Shown: positions 48,771 to 57,628 of the stretch, piece after piece
Layout: every line of letters begins with the position of its first letter
Numbering within the stretch: position 1 is the stretch's first letter
Source of the DNA: an uncultured Ignavibacteria bacterium
GTDB lineage: Bacteria > Zixibacteria > MSB-5A5 > JAABVY01 > JAHJOQ01
Direction: 5' to 3'
DNA: 64,000 nt
NCBI GenBank assembly: GCA_964415885.1
Contig: CAYQCE010000006.1
Coordinates: 18,467-82,466 of the forward strand
Made by a program: the position numbers and the translations under genes
The notes under the pieces: generated by a model
Database searches by the model: none
The model's input: the letters and a program-made list of their open reading frames with translations, nothing else
Told to the model about the DNA's origin: nothing

Positions 48771-50006
48771 ATGACATTGCGAGGCAAAATGAAGATCGAA
48801 AAATGCAGGTACTTTAACGATCACAGGACGTCCTGCTCGCTTATGATCGACGATCTGTCGAACACGGCGACGACCCTCGACGGCGAAGTGAGACCTTGGA
48901 ACGACTGGGGCTACGGTAAAGACTCTGAGCACAGTCTCTATAGCTATCTCAAGCGGACACTTCTCGCGCAGTTTCCGGAGATCAAAGGCACCTTCTTCTA
49001 CCCCATCGCCTCGCACGCAGTCCAGAATCCAAGCTCGAACTGGAGGATACTCCAGGAGCCGGTGGACGCTGAATTCATCGGGTTCATCTCGGAAATCTCA
49101 GACAGATTCGATCTCGCCTTTCATGGCACGAGCCACGGTAGATACATTGATTTTGACAATCCGGAAATCGCCGGAAACTTCGAGCAGGAGTTCTCCTATC
49201 TAACCGAAAGTGACATTCCTCGCATCAAAAAGCAGATTGACACAGCGGAGGAGAGCCTCGGGGTAGTGTTCACCGGCGGCAAATGTCCAGGCATCGTGAA
49301 GAACGAATTCACGGACGGGATTATCCGGGCACTTGGTTTCAAGTGGTGGACTCTCAATGAGGTAGTAGTGAACCGTAAACATGATAAGAACAGGCATACC
49401 TACATGGATGCCGACGGTCCCCTCCTGCTCCCGATGAACCTGATCGGCAACTGCCTGTCCCGATGCGTAAAAGACGGGGGCGGCTCACGGCAGTTCATTC
49501 GCGGGCTCAGACGCAATGTCGCGCATTTCCGCATCGAGAGGTTCATCGGCTACCTGTACGATCGGGGATATCCGATCACTATACAGGAACATTTCCAGAA
49601 TCAGCGAACAGACGGAAAAAGGCAGCTTCCTAATCTTTTCGACGACCTCCCTTCGGTGGAACAGCTCTATGGCATCCTTCGAGGAGCCGATATATGGCAT
49701 GCAACATCTTCGGATATCGCACACTCTCTCGAAAGCTGTGACAGGTCGGAAGTGATTCGACAGGACGACAACGCTTTCACAGTTGAGTATGATGGTTCAT
49801 GGGAGCGACCCTTCCTATCTCTGAAGTGCGATACTCCGGTGCTGACAGAAGTTGAATCCGGTATCGCACACAAGGGCATATACAAGCAGGGAATGTGGAT
49901 ATTCAACAATGTCGCCGAGGGCATGTATCGCGTCGGTGGTATCGAATATAGGGGAAGCAGGTTGGCAGACAGAGTTACCCGCCACAAAAGCGGAGGAAAA
50001 GCATGA
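48771..50006 (+). CDS. hypothetical protein, possibly CE4/NodB-like polysaccharide deacetylase fold
   Basis: 411 aa with an MIDDLSN (DD motif) and an FHGTSHG (HxxxH-like) motif. The assignment is weak. Confidence 0.3.
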   Translation: MTLRGKMKIEKCRYFNDHRTSCSLMIDDLSNTATTLDGEVRPWNDWGYGKDSEHSLYSYLKRTLLAQFPEIKGTFFYPIASHAVQNPSSNWRILQEPVDAEFIGFISEISDRFDLAFHGTSHGRYIDFDNPEIAGNFEQEFSYLTESDIPRIKKQIDTAEESLGVVFTGGKCPGIVKNEFTDGIIRALGFKWWTLNEVVVNRKHDKNRHTYMDADGPLLLPMNLIGNCLSRCVKDGGGSRQFIRGLRRNVAHFRIERFIGYLYDRGYPITIQEHFQNQRTDGKRQLPNLFDDLPSVEQLYGILRGADIWHATSSDIAHSLESCDRSEVIRQDDNAFTVEYDGSWERPFLSLKCDTPVLTEVESGIAHKGIYKQGMWIFNNVAEGMYRVGGIEYRGSRLADRVTRHKSGGKA

Positions 50007-51004
50007 TAGAGTACAAGGTAGATGAGATCAGATATGAGGAGATGATCACACTGCAGGAGGCGAACAACATCCGCAACGAAATGACCGAAGATCGATTCAA
50101 CTGGCTCTACTACAAGAATCCGTTCGGCAACAGCTACTTCTATTGCGCCTACGATGACGGTCGCCTCGTTGGGACTCAGGTGTCGCTGCCGCTCACAATG
50201 CAGGTCAATGGCGAGACAGTGAACACTGTTATGTCGATGAACTCCCTGATCGATTCGAGCTGCCGGGGGAAGGGAGTCTGGAAGAAGCTGATTAACATGA
50301 ACCACGAGGACCAGGCCGAGCGGGGTACCGCATACATATGGGGCTTTCCGAATGATGCCTCTTACCCGATCTTCATTAACAAGGTCGGATGGAAAGACAT
50401 CTGCTATGTCAATTACTACCGCTGCGTCTTAAAGGACTCAGAAACGGGCTCAATTGGGAGACGAGTTGCCGAGAAAGGGATCGGTCTCGTCACGAGGACT
50501 ACAACCGGGGGCAGAAGGAAGAGACTGTCCATTGAGCTTGCCGACTTTGATCTCGACGCAATCCGGGCCAAAGACGATGAGATATCGGTGCTCCAGTCAG
50601 TAGAATACGTCAAATGGCGTTTCATCGACATACCGGAGGGCGGCTACGCGCTGAAGACCATTCGTAGAGGAAGAGGAGGCGACCCGGTTGGGTTTGTGGC
50701 GTACAAGGTGCGTGACGGGATCATGCATGTATTCGATTATCGGATAAGTGACAAGACGCTTGAAAAAGAGATTCCGTTTCTGCTTCAGGCGGAAGCGTTG
50801 GACCGTGACTTCCGAAGGATCGATATCTGCCTGTCGACATCGACCGGCGCGATTCCGCACTTCGAAGCGGCGAAATTCATCAAGAGAGAGGGTGCGGTCA
50901 CAGGCGGCCGAGTGTTTGACCTGACATATGCCAATGCGTTCGACCAGCCGTGGAGCATAAACATGGCTGATCTCGATATATACTTCAACAAACCGTTCGA
51001 GTAG
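50003..51004 (+). CDS. GNAT-fold acyltransferase-like protein (FemAB/GNAT superfamily)
   Basis: 333 aa. Its start overlaps the upstream stop (ATGA). The N-terminal half resembles an acyl-CoA N-acyltransferase fold (..LVGTQVSLP..NSLIDSSCRGKGVWKKL..). Confidence 0.35.
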   Translation: MIEYKVDEIRYEEMITLQEANNIRNEMTEDRFNWLYYKNPFGNSYFYCAYDDGRLVGTQVSLPLTMQVNGETVNTVMSMNSLIDSSCRGKGVWKKLINMNHEDQAERGTAYIWGFPNDASYPIFINKVGWKDICYVNYYRCVLKDSETGSIGRRVAEKGIGLVTRTTTGGRRKRLSIELADFDLDAIRAKDDEISVLQSVEYVKWRFIDIPEGGYALKTIRRGRGGDPVGFVAYKVRDGIMHVFDYRISDKTLEKEIPFLLQAEALDRDFRRIDICLSTSTGAIPHFEAAKFIKREGAVTGGRVFDLTYANAFDQPWSINMADLDIYFNKPFE

Positions 51005-51028
51005 TGATCGTTCGGAGGAACCTCGGTC

Positions 51029-52318
51029 ATGAACAGAATCGCTCTGACATTGAAAGGACTGACTGACAAGGGGTTCTTTCATCTGCTATCCGCGAATTTC
51101 GTGATCGGGTTTCTCGCTTTCGGCTCACAATTGCTCGTAGCCAAGTTTCTCTCGCCCGAAGAGATCGGAAGGATCAAGACGATGCAATCGTACATCGGCA
51201 TCGCGACGATCCTTGCGGGATTCGGGTTCAACACCGCTGTTCTCAAACTCTGCTCCGAGAGAAGACCGGACCCGGAGAAGGGATTCATCCTCAAGAGAAA
51301 TCTTCTCTATACTGTCGTGCCACTCGCGGCGGTTCTCGCGATAATCGCTATTGCTGCGAGTCTCGGCTGGACCTCGCCGGACTCGAAGATCAACCGCTGG
51401 CTTGTCGTCTTCATGCTCATGCTGCCCGGTTCGGCATACACGGCGTTACTGATCGGCTACTTACAGGCTCGAAAGCGGATTCATCTGATGGCCTATGCCC
51501 AGACCACTGTGCGGGTGGCGGGTGCCGCTCTGCTCGTGGCAGCCACATACCTCTTCGGGTTTCCGGGATTCGTGTATACGTCCGTAGCTGTCAGCACGGC
51601 GGCGATAATACCGCTTTTCGGTCTGGTGAAACAGGACCTGAAACACTTGTCGAAGGTAGCTAATCCATTCCGGAAGAGCTTCTACTACGCCAAATGGAGC
51701 ACTGCAAACAACACGCTCGGCACTGTAGCGAGTTTTCTCGATATTCTGTTTCTCAATTTCATGGTATCCGACAGAACCGAGTTCGGATATTACGGCATCG
51801 CGACAATATTCGTGGTCGGCCTGAATTCCGTGACTACGACAGTGCAGAAGATCGCCATGCCGTACTTCTCCGAAAAAAGCGGAGACGAGCGGGAGTTTAG
51901 ACGCGTTCTGAACAAGTATCAGAAGCAGCTTGTCATGCTCACGGGAGGTGTTGCGCTCGCTTCGATAGTAATAGTACCGGAGTTCATAAAGATCGTCTAC
52001 GGCAAGTCCTATTCGCCGGCAGGCGTCTACTTCCAGATTCTTGCTGTGAAATACTTCTTCTGGAGCTGTTCAGTTCTCTATGGCGTAGCGATCTGGGGAA
52101 TCGGCAGAATGCAAAGCCTCTTTTCCTGTCTCGCGGCAATGGCACTGTTTTCTGCCGTAGCACTCTACCTGCTGATTTCCAAGTTCGATATAATGGGTGC
52201 CGCGATAGCGCAGACTCTATCTCATGGCTTTCTGTTCGTACTCGTATATTTCACGGCGCGACATGTAGTCAGCAAGCATTTCAGTGAACTCAATGCCGAT
52301 TCCGGGATCGGGAGGTGA
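51029..52318 (+). CDS. wzx: polysaccharide/O-antigen flippase (Wzx, MOP superfamily)
   Basis: 429 aa with 12-14 TM helices. The N-terminal region is typical of the PST family (LSANFVIGFLAFGSQLLVAKFLSPEEIG). Confidence 0.7.
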   Translation: MNRIALTLKGLTDKGFFHLLSANFVIGFLAFGSQLLVAKFLSPEEIGRIKTMQSYIGIATILAGFGFNTAVLKLCSERRPDPEKGFILKRNLLYTVVPLAAVLAIIAIAASLGWTSPDSKINRWLVVFMLMLPGSAYTALLIGYLQARKRIHLMAYAQTTVRVAGAALLVAATYLFGFPGFVYTSVAVSTAAIIPLFGLVKQDLKHLSKVANPFRKSFYYAKWSTANNTLGTVASFLDILFLNFMVSDRTEFGYYGIATIFVVGLNSVTTTVQKIAMPYFSEKSGDEREFRRVLNKYQKQLVMLTGGVALASIVIVPEFIKIVYGKSYSPAGVYFQILAVKYFFWSCSVLYGVAIWGIGRMQSLFSCLAAMALFSAVALYLLISKFDIMGAAIAQTLSHGFLFVLVYFTARHVVSKHFSELNADSGIGR

Positions 52319-52327
52319 TGCGGTAAG

Positions 52328-52981
52328 ATGCAATTCAGGGACATTTTCAACCCATTCAAGTACTACAGGTTCGCACGGATCAGAATCAAGCGGTACGCGC
52401 TGATGCGTCGTTTGAAGTCCGTCGGCGATAATTTCCTGTTCGATGTCGAGAGCTACATACTTGCTCCCGAGCAAATTGAGATCGGCAACAATGTCTTCAT
52501 AGGAGAGCTTGCGCACATATCCGCAGACCTCAAGATCGGTAACAACGTCATGTTTGGCCCGAGGCCAATCATAATCGGAGGGAATCACTACTTCGGTGTC
52601 AAGGGACGGAGCAATTTTACGCTTCGTCCGCAGGGACGCGAGAACACGGAGCTGATTACTATCGAGGATGATACCTGGTTCGGTGCCGGCGTTGTGATTC
52701 TGAAGGGAGTCACCGCGGGCATCGGGACTATTGTCGGAGCCGGAAGCGTGGTCACGAAGTCCCTGCCGCCGTTCTGTGTGTCGGTAGGGAATCCATGCCG
52801 CCCTATCAAACTGGTATTTGACGACGTCACGATATACGACCATCTCGTGCAACTCGGCTATGATGAAGAATTTGCCCGGAAGACTGTCCAGCGAAGAAAT
52901 ACCGAGTTGGAAAAATGGGGTATGGAGAGTCTCTCGGTGATCGATCAAACGAGCACATATTGGGAGACGAAAGATCAGTAA
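52328..52981 (+). CDS. hexapeptide-repeat (LbH) sugar O-acetyltransferase
   Basis: Left-handed beta-helix repeats are visible (IGNNVFIGELAHIS, IGNNVMFGP, GAGVVILKGVTAGIGTIVGAGSVV). Confidence 0.8.
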   Translation: MQFRDIFNPFKYYRFARIRIKRYALMRRLKSVGDNFLFDVESYILAPEQIEIGNNVFIGELAHISADLKIGNNVMFGPRPIIIGGNHYFGVKGRSNFTLRPQGRENTELITIEDDTWFGAGVVILKGVTAGIGTIVGAGSVVTKSLPPFCVSVGNPCRPIKLVFDDVTIYDHLVQLGYDEEFARKTVQRRNTELEKWGMESLSVIDQTSTYWETKDQ

Positions 52982-53153
52982 CGGGGACCTACAACGCCAC
53001 TATGACTGCAGAAAACATGGATTATTTGTTGATTACATCATCTCAATACCTCAAGATAGAAGATGGAAGCTGTGTCGTAAGGGCTCGGCGAGCTTCAAGT
53101 GAACACATCGTGACTTTGGTCAGCATCGGACATGACCTTGAGGAGGCTTGTTT

Positions 53154-53885
53154 ATGAAGAGGGTCGTAATCGTAACCGGGGCAAACGGCGGAATAGGTTT
53201 CGCCACGGTCAAGGCTATCCTCGATAAGACAGATTTTGCGGTTCTGGCAACTATCAACGAAAACGAAAAGAACGTAAGATCTTTCGACACCGACAGGGTG
53301 ATCCCCTGCCGCTGCGACATCACAGAACCCGACTCCGGAGAGAAGCTGCTCGATTGTATCGGCGCAAAGGAGAGCGAGTTCGAGATACATGGTCTGGTGA
53401 ACAACGCAGGGATAAACCGGGACTCGCTTTTCCTGAAGATGGATCCGTCCAGGTGGAAAGAAGTGATCGACACCAATCTCAGCGCGCTGTTCAACGTGAC
53501 ATATCCGATAGTCAAATACATGATCGACAACCAGCCGCAGGAACAGACCAAGTATATCATTAACATCTCCTCGATTATCGGTGAGTCGGGCGGATTCGGA
53601 CAGACGAACTACTCCGCCGCCAAGGCGGGGATTCTCGGGTTCACGAAATCACTCGCGCTCGAGACGGCGAGATTTAACATCCTGGTCAATGCCATAGCGC
53701 CCGGTTTCATCAAGACACCGATGACCGCGGCGATCCCGGACAAGGTTAAAGACATTCTCTTCAAGAAAATCCCGCTGGGGAGATTCGGAGAGCCGGAGGA
53801 TATAGCGAATACAGTGCTCTTTCTTATGTCATCGAGGTACGCAACGGGAAGCGTACTCAACATAAACGGCGGTCTGTACATGTAG
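53154..53885 (+). CDS. SDR-family oxidoreductase (FabG-like 3-ketoacyl reductase)
   Basis: ATG at 53154 lies 8 nt after AGGAGG. It has TGANGGIG (Gly motif), NNAG and a YSAAK catalytic Tyr/Lys. Confidence 0.85.
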   Translation: MKRVVIVTGANGGIGFATVKAILDKTDFAVLATINENEKNVRSFDTDRVIPCRCDITEPDSGEKLLDCIGAKESEFEIHGLVNNAGINRDSLFLKMDPSRWKEVIDTNLSALFNVTYPIVKYMIDNQPQEQTKYIINISSIIGESGGFGQTNYSAAKAGILGFTKSLALETARFNILVNAIAPGFIKTPMTAAIPDKVKDILFKKIPLGRFGEPEDIANTVLFLMSSRYATGSVLNINGGLYM

Positions 53886-53962
53886 TTTTTGGCTTGCCAT
53901 GCGGACCATCAAGCTGGTTATTGGCGAGTAAGAGATTGGGCTGTACGGGGGCAATTGATCAG

Positions 53963-53975
53963 GGTCAGGTCACGC
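53963..53975. repeat. isolated copy of GGTCAGGTCAC(G/A)C motif (repeat family fragment)
   Basis: GGTCAGGTCACGC is preceded by GCTGTACGG, which resembles the GCTATACGG preceding the same motif at 56290. Confidence 0.3.
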
Positions 53976-54065
53976 GTCCGTGTAATGCCTTCCAAGGATA
54001 CAATCATCTATACTGCACGATCCTGAGTTGCACACAAATCCGTGAATGTCAACACGGGAGGAGCG

Positions 54066-54944
54066 ATGTTGAAGAAGACAATCAAGCAGATACTCCCAAA
54101 CCGCATCGCCAACTACCTGAGCGACGCCAAACGGGAACGTGAACGCGCAAAGCGCAGGGCATTGACTCCCCTGACCGAGGGAGAATTCAGGCGCATTGTC
54201 GAAAATGACCTCGAAGTGAGAAAAGGCAGCATCGCTTTTATTCACAGCGGTATCGGAGGAATTCGACCGGGCTTCACTCCGGACAGAGTCATAGAGCTGC
54301 TTCTGGAAATCGTTGGCGATGAAGGTACGTTGCTCTTCCCCACCTATCCGAAATTGACCTCGTATGAGTTTCTTCTTGCCAATCAGGTGACCGACATTCG
54401 TACTTCCAAGTCGTATACAGGCATACTTAGCGAAAAAGCACGGACTCATCCCGAAGCAGTGCGAAGCCTGCATCCCACCAAATCAGTCTGCGCGATCGGC
54501 AAATACGCCAGAGAGATGACCGCAACGCATCAGGATTCGCCGTATCCATACGACGCCTGTTCGCCATATTATAAAGCCGCCGAATACGAAGGCCGGATTG
54601 TCGGGCTCGGAGTTCCGACGACATATATGTCTTTCGCTCACTGCGCCGATGATTATCTTAAGGATGAGTTTCCGGTCCAGCCGTATCTGGACAAGCTCTT
54701 CGATGGTAGAATAATCGACTATGACGGCAAAGAGAGAATCATAAGGACATACACGCACGATAAATCGAAAATGCTGCACGACGTGCCGAAGTATGTCAAG
54801 AAACATCTGCCGGATAAAATCTGCTGTGATGTCACGATCAAGAAGCGGAGCTTTTTCACCGGCGACGCGGCACAGTTGTTCGAGAAGATGGTGGAGCTTG
54901 CCCGCGAGGGTATAACGATGTATCCTCGGTCTGTCTACAAGTAA
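54066..54944 (+). CDS. AAC(3)-family (aminoglycoside 3-N-acetyltransferase fold) sugar N-acetyltransferase
   Basis: ATG at 54066 lies 5 nt after GGGAGGAG. AAC(3)-like segments include AFIHSGIGGI...GDEGTLLFPTY...HP..S..AIG. Confidence 0.55.
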   Translation: MLKKTIKQILPNRIANYLSDAKRERERAKRRALTPLTEGEFRRIVENDLEVRKGSIAFIHSGIGGIRPGFTPDRVIELLLEIVGDEGTLLFPTYPKLTSYEFLLANQVTDIRTSKSYTGILSEKARTHPEAVRSLHPTKSVCAIGKYAREMTATHQDSPYPYDACSPYYKAAEYEGRIVGLGVPTTYMSFAHCADDYLKDEFPVQPYLDKLFDGRIIDYDGKERIIRTYTHDKSKMLHDVPKYVKKHLPDKICCDVTIKKRSFFTGDAAQLFEKMVELAREGITMYPRSVYK

Positions 54945-54958
54945 ACAAGGAGCCATTA

Positions 54959-56161
54959 TTGCGGCTCGGTCTCGTGTTGACAAATGATTGGGAACTGTTC
55001 GGTGATGGTTCCGGGGATTACTTCGAAATCCAGCACAGGCCGTTGTACGAGCTGTTGGATACGATCGAGGCGCATGGCGCCAGGCTGACACTCATGGCCG
55101 AACTCGGTCAGCAGTGGGGGCATCTCGGCCTCGCACCCGACAACCCGAGATCGGCGGAAATCGCGACAGCGTGGGAATCCGCAGTTAAAGATACCGTCCG
55201 AAGGGGGTCGGATGTCCAGTTGCATATTCATACCCAGTGGCTTGATGCGAGGTTCATCGACGGCGAATGGCGGCTGAATCTCGATCGCATTTCAATCGCG
55301 AAACTCGAAGAGGCTACGATTGCTGACGCCATCCGGCGGGGAAAGGACTACCTCGACAGTCTATTGCAGTCCCTTGATCCGGACTATGAATGTATCGCGT
55401 TTCGAGCCGGAGCATATGCTCTTCAGCCGTCGCGGAGAGTAGTGGAGCAGTTGCTCAAAGTCGGTATCAGGTGCGATACGTCCGTGACAAAAGGACTCCT
55501 GAATCACAAGCTCTATGATTTTCGCAAGGCCTGCTACGGCTGCCGGCCGTACTTCGTGCGATCTGACGATATTACACAAGAAGCTGAAACGAAGGAAGGA
55601 CTACTCGAACTGCCGATCTACTCGTATCAGACCCCGGATACCGCGGTGATTCGCAAGGCTATCGGCGACTGGCAGTTCTACCGCCTCACCCTCGGCGCCA
55701 GGACCGACCGGGAAGACGAGAAGTGGTTTGCGGAGAAAAGACGTATTACTCTCAAGCGATTCCCCGCCAATAGACGGCTCAAGGCACTCGATGACAATCC
55801 GCTGCACGACATCCGCGGGTCGAAGATAAATGCACTCAGGTGGGGGTTTTCCAAGATTGCGGGAAGACGCACTATTCATCTCGATTACGATGGTCTGCCA
55901 CCGGATATGTTCGTTCGATGCCTCGAGAAGGCACTTGTTTCGAAAGACCTGGCGGATTTGAGGGACACCGATGTTACTGTCCCGATCGTGGCTCTGGGTC
56001 ATATCAAGTCGATGCATAGCCCGGAGAATATTGACCGCATACTGGGTCTCGCCAAACAGCGGCTCGGAGACAGAATTACATTCTGGACATTGCGTGAGGC
56101 TGTAAACTACTGGATTGAATTAGCTAAATCGGGAGTATCGAGGGGTTTCCATCAGGTTTAG
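54959..56161 (+). CDS. hypothetical protein (polysaccharide-cluster associated)
   Basis: 400 aa. The TTG start is 9 nt after AAGGAG. No family was recognised, although it is possibly a TIM-barrel hydrolase/deacetylase-like protein. Confidence 0.35.
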   Translation: MRLGLVLTNDWELFGDGSGDYFEIQHRPLYELLDTIEAHGARLTLMAELGQQWGHLGLAPDNPRSAEIATAWESAVKDTVRRGSDVQLHIHTQWLDARFIDGEWRLNLDRISIAKLEEATIADAIRRGKDYLDSLLQSLDPDYECIAFRAGAYALQPSRRVVEQLLKVGIRCDTSVTKGLLNHKLYDFRKACYGCRPYFVRSDDITQEAETKEGLLELPIYSYQTPDTAVIRKAIGDWQFYRLTLGARTDREDEKWFAEKRRITLKRFPANRRLKALDDNPLHDIRGSKINALRWGFSKIAGRRTIHLDYDGLPPDMFVRCLEKALVSKDLADLRDTDVTVPIVALGHIKSMHSPENIDRILGLAKQRLGDRITFWTLREAVNYWIELAKSGVSRGFHQV

Positions 56162-56192
56162 GCGCGCAAAGCACCGTCGTCTACACGTATGG

Positions 56193-56302
56193 GCTTGTTG
56201 AAAAAACCGTTACGCCAAATCCTGCGGCCTCGTTTCGCGGGCGTGTGATCTGGCGTTCTTCGAATCGGCCTTTGTTTATGCGGCTATACGGTCAGGTCAC
56301 AC
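56193..56302. repeat. intergenic repeat element copy 2 (GCTTGTTGAAAAA ... GGTCAGGTCACAC)
   Basis: Starts with GCTTGTTGAAAAA (56193-56205). It contains AAAACCGTTACG and GTGATCTGGCGT and ends with GGTCAGGTCACAC (56290-56302), abutting the stop of the cysteine desulfurase gene. Confidence 0.4.
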
Positions 56303-57544
56303 TTACTTCGAACCCATCGCCGGCTGATTGATCTCTTCAGCCCGCTTTGCTATCTCCTTCAGGGCCTCGATTGACTTGTCTACATGCTCTTCAGTGTTAA
56401 ATGGACCAATCGAGAATCGAACGCCGCCGTGTATCTTATCTATCCCAAGTTGCCTGTGCACCAGTGGCGCACAATGCAGACCGGTTCGAGTCGCGATATT
56501 GAAATCGACATCGAGCATTATTCCGACATCACCGGCATCCAGCCCTTCGACATTTATCGTGATAGTAGAGATGTGGTTATCCATGCAATCGCAGCAATAC
56601 ATGATGACACCGCCAATTTGCTTGACAGCATCCACGAATCTCCGCGCGAGCTTCATCTCACGCCTGTGAATCTCTTCCACTCCACCCTGATCGCGAATCC
56701 AATCCTGACCCGCCCAGAGTGACGCCACCCCTACCATATTCGGAGTGCCAAATTCCATTCGGTACGGGTACTCATCGAGGTGATATGGAAAAGCAGACCG
56801 GACACCCGTCCCACCGCTTCTTGTGTGCCGAAGCTTAACATGCTGACGGATGCAGAGTCCGCCGATCCCGGTCGAACCCATCAGTGATTTGTGGCCGGTA
56901 AAGGCGAGGATGTCTATGTTCATCTTCTGCATGTTGATCGGGATCATCCCGGCAGACTGGGAGGCATCCACCGCAAATATAACGCCTGCTTTTTTGCAGA
57001 CGTTGCCGATCTCCGTAACCGGCTGAATTGTCCCGATGACATTGGAGGCGTGATTCAGTATCACGAGCCGCGTATTCGGCTTTATCGCAGCGCGGATATC
57101 ATCCGGATCGACGAAACCATCCTGATCGAACGGCACGTACGTTGCCTCAACGCCGTGATCACGAACCATGTGATTGACCGGCCGTATAACGGAGTTGTGC
57201 TCAAGATTGGTCGTGACCACATGGTCACCGTCGGCGAGCATACCCTGCACGATCAGGTTGAGGGAATCGGTGGCGTTGTAGCCGAAGCATAGTCTCTCCG
57301 GAGTCGCCTCGTCCCCACCGAAAAACCGTGTAAGCCGTTTCCGCAGGTTCTCGAGAAGATCCCCCGCCTCAATTGCGCGATCGAATCCACTTCGCCCGGG
57401 ATTGACCCCGCACGATTTGTAGAATTCGATCATGTAGGAGTAGACATTGTCGGGTTTGGGCCACGAAGTTGCGGCGTTGTCGAGATAGATGAGATCTTCC
57501 AATTTGCACACCTCGCTGGAAGAGCCGGGAGCCTGACCGTGCAT
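56303..57544 (-). CDS. cysteine desulfurase / class V aminotransferase (NifS/IscS/SufS-like)
   Basis: 413 aa. The N-terminus is IYLDNAATSWPKP. A PLP-Lys region (TGHKSLMGSTGIGGL) and a conserved C-terminal SIGPFNT segment are present. Confidence 0.8.
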   Translation of the reverse strand: MHGQAPGSSSEVCKLEDLIYLDNAATSWPKPDNVYSYMIEFYKSCGVNPGRSGFDRAIEAGDLLENLRKRLTRFFGGDEATPERLCFGYNATDSLNLIVQGMLADGDHVVTTNLEHNSVIRPVNHMVRDHGVEATYVPFDQDGFVDPDDIRAAIKPNTRLVILNHASNVIGTIQPVTEIGNVCKKAGVIFAVDASQSAGMIPINMQKMNIDILAFTGHKSLMGSTGIGGLCIRQHVKLRHTRSGGTGVRSAFPYHLDEYPYRMEFGTPNMVGVASLWAGQDWIRDQGGVEEIHRREMKLARRFVDAVKQIGGVIMYCCDCMDNHISTITINVEGLDAGDVGIMLDVDFNIATRTGLHCAPLVHRQLGIDKIHGGVRFSIGPFNTEEHVDKSIEALKEIAKRAEEINQPAMGSK

Positions 57545-57628
57545 CAGGCTCCGTTTATATACTTGATGTGCAAATTAGGATTTATACACAATCCGCACAA
57601 GCTGTTTTTCGGCTGCAGGATTGCAGCA

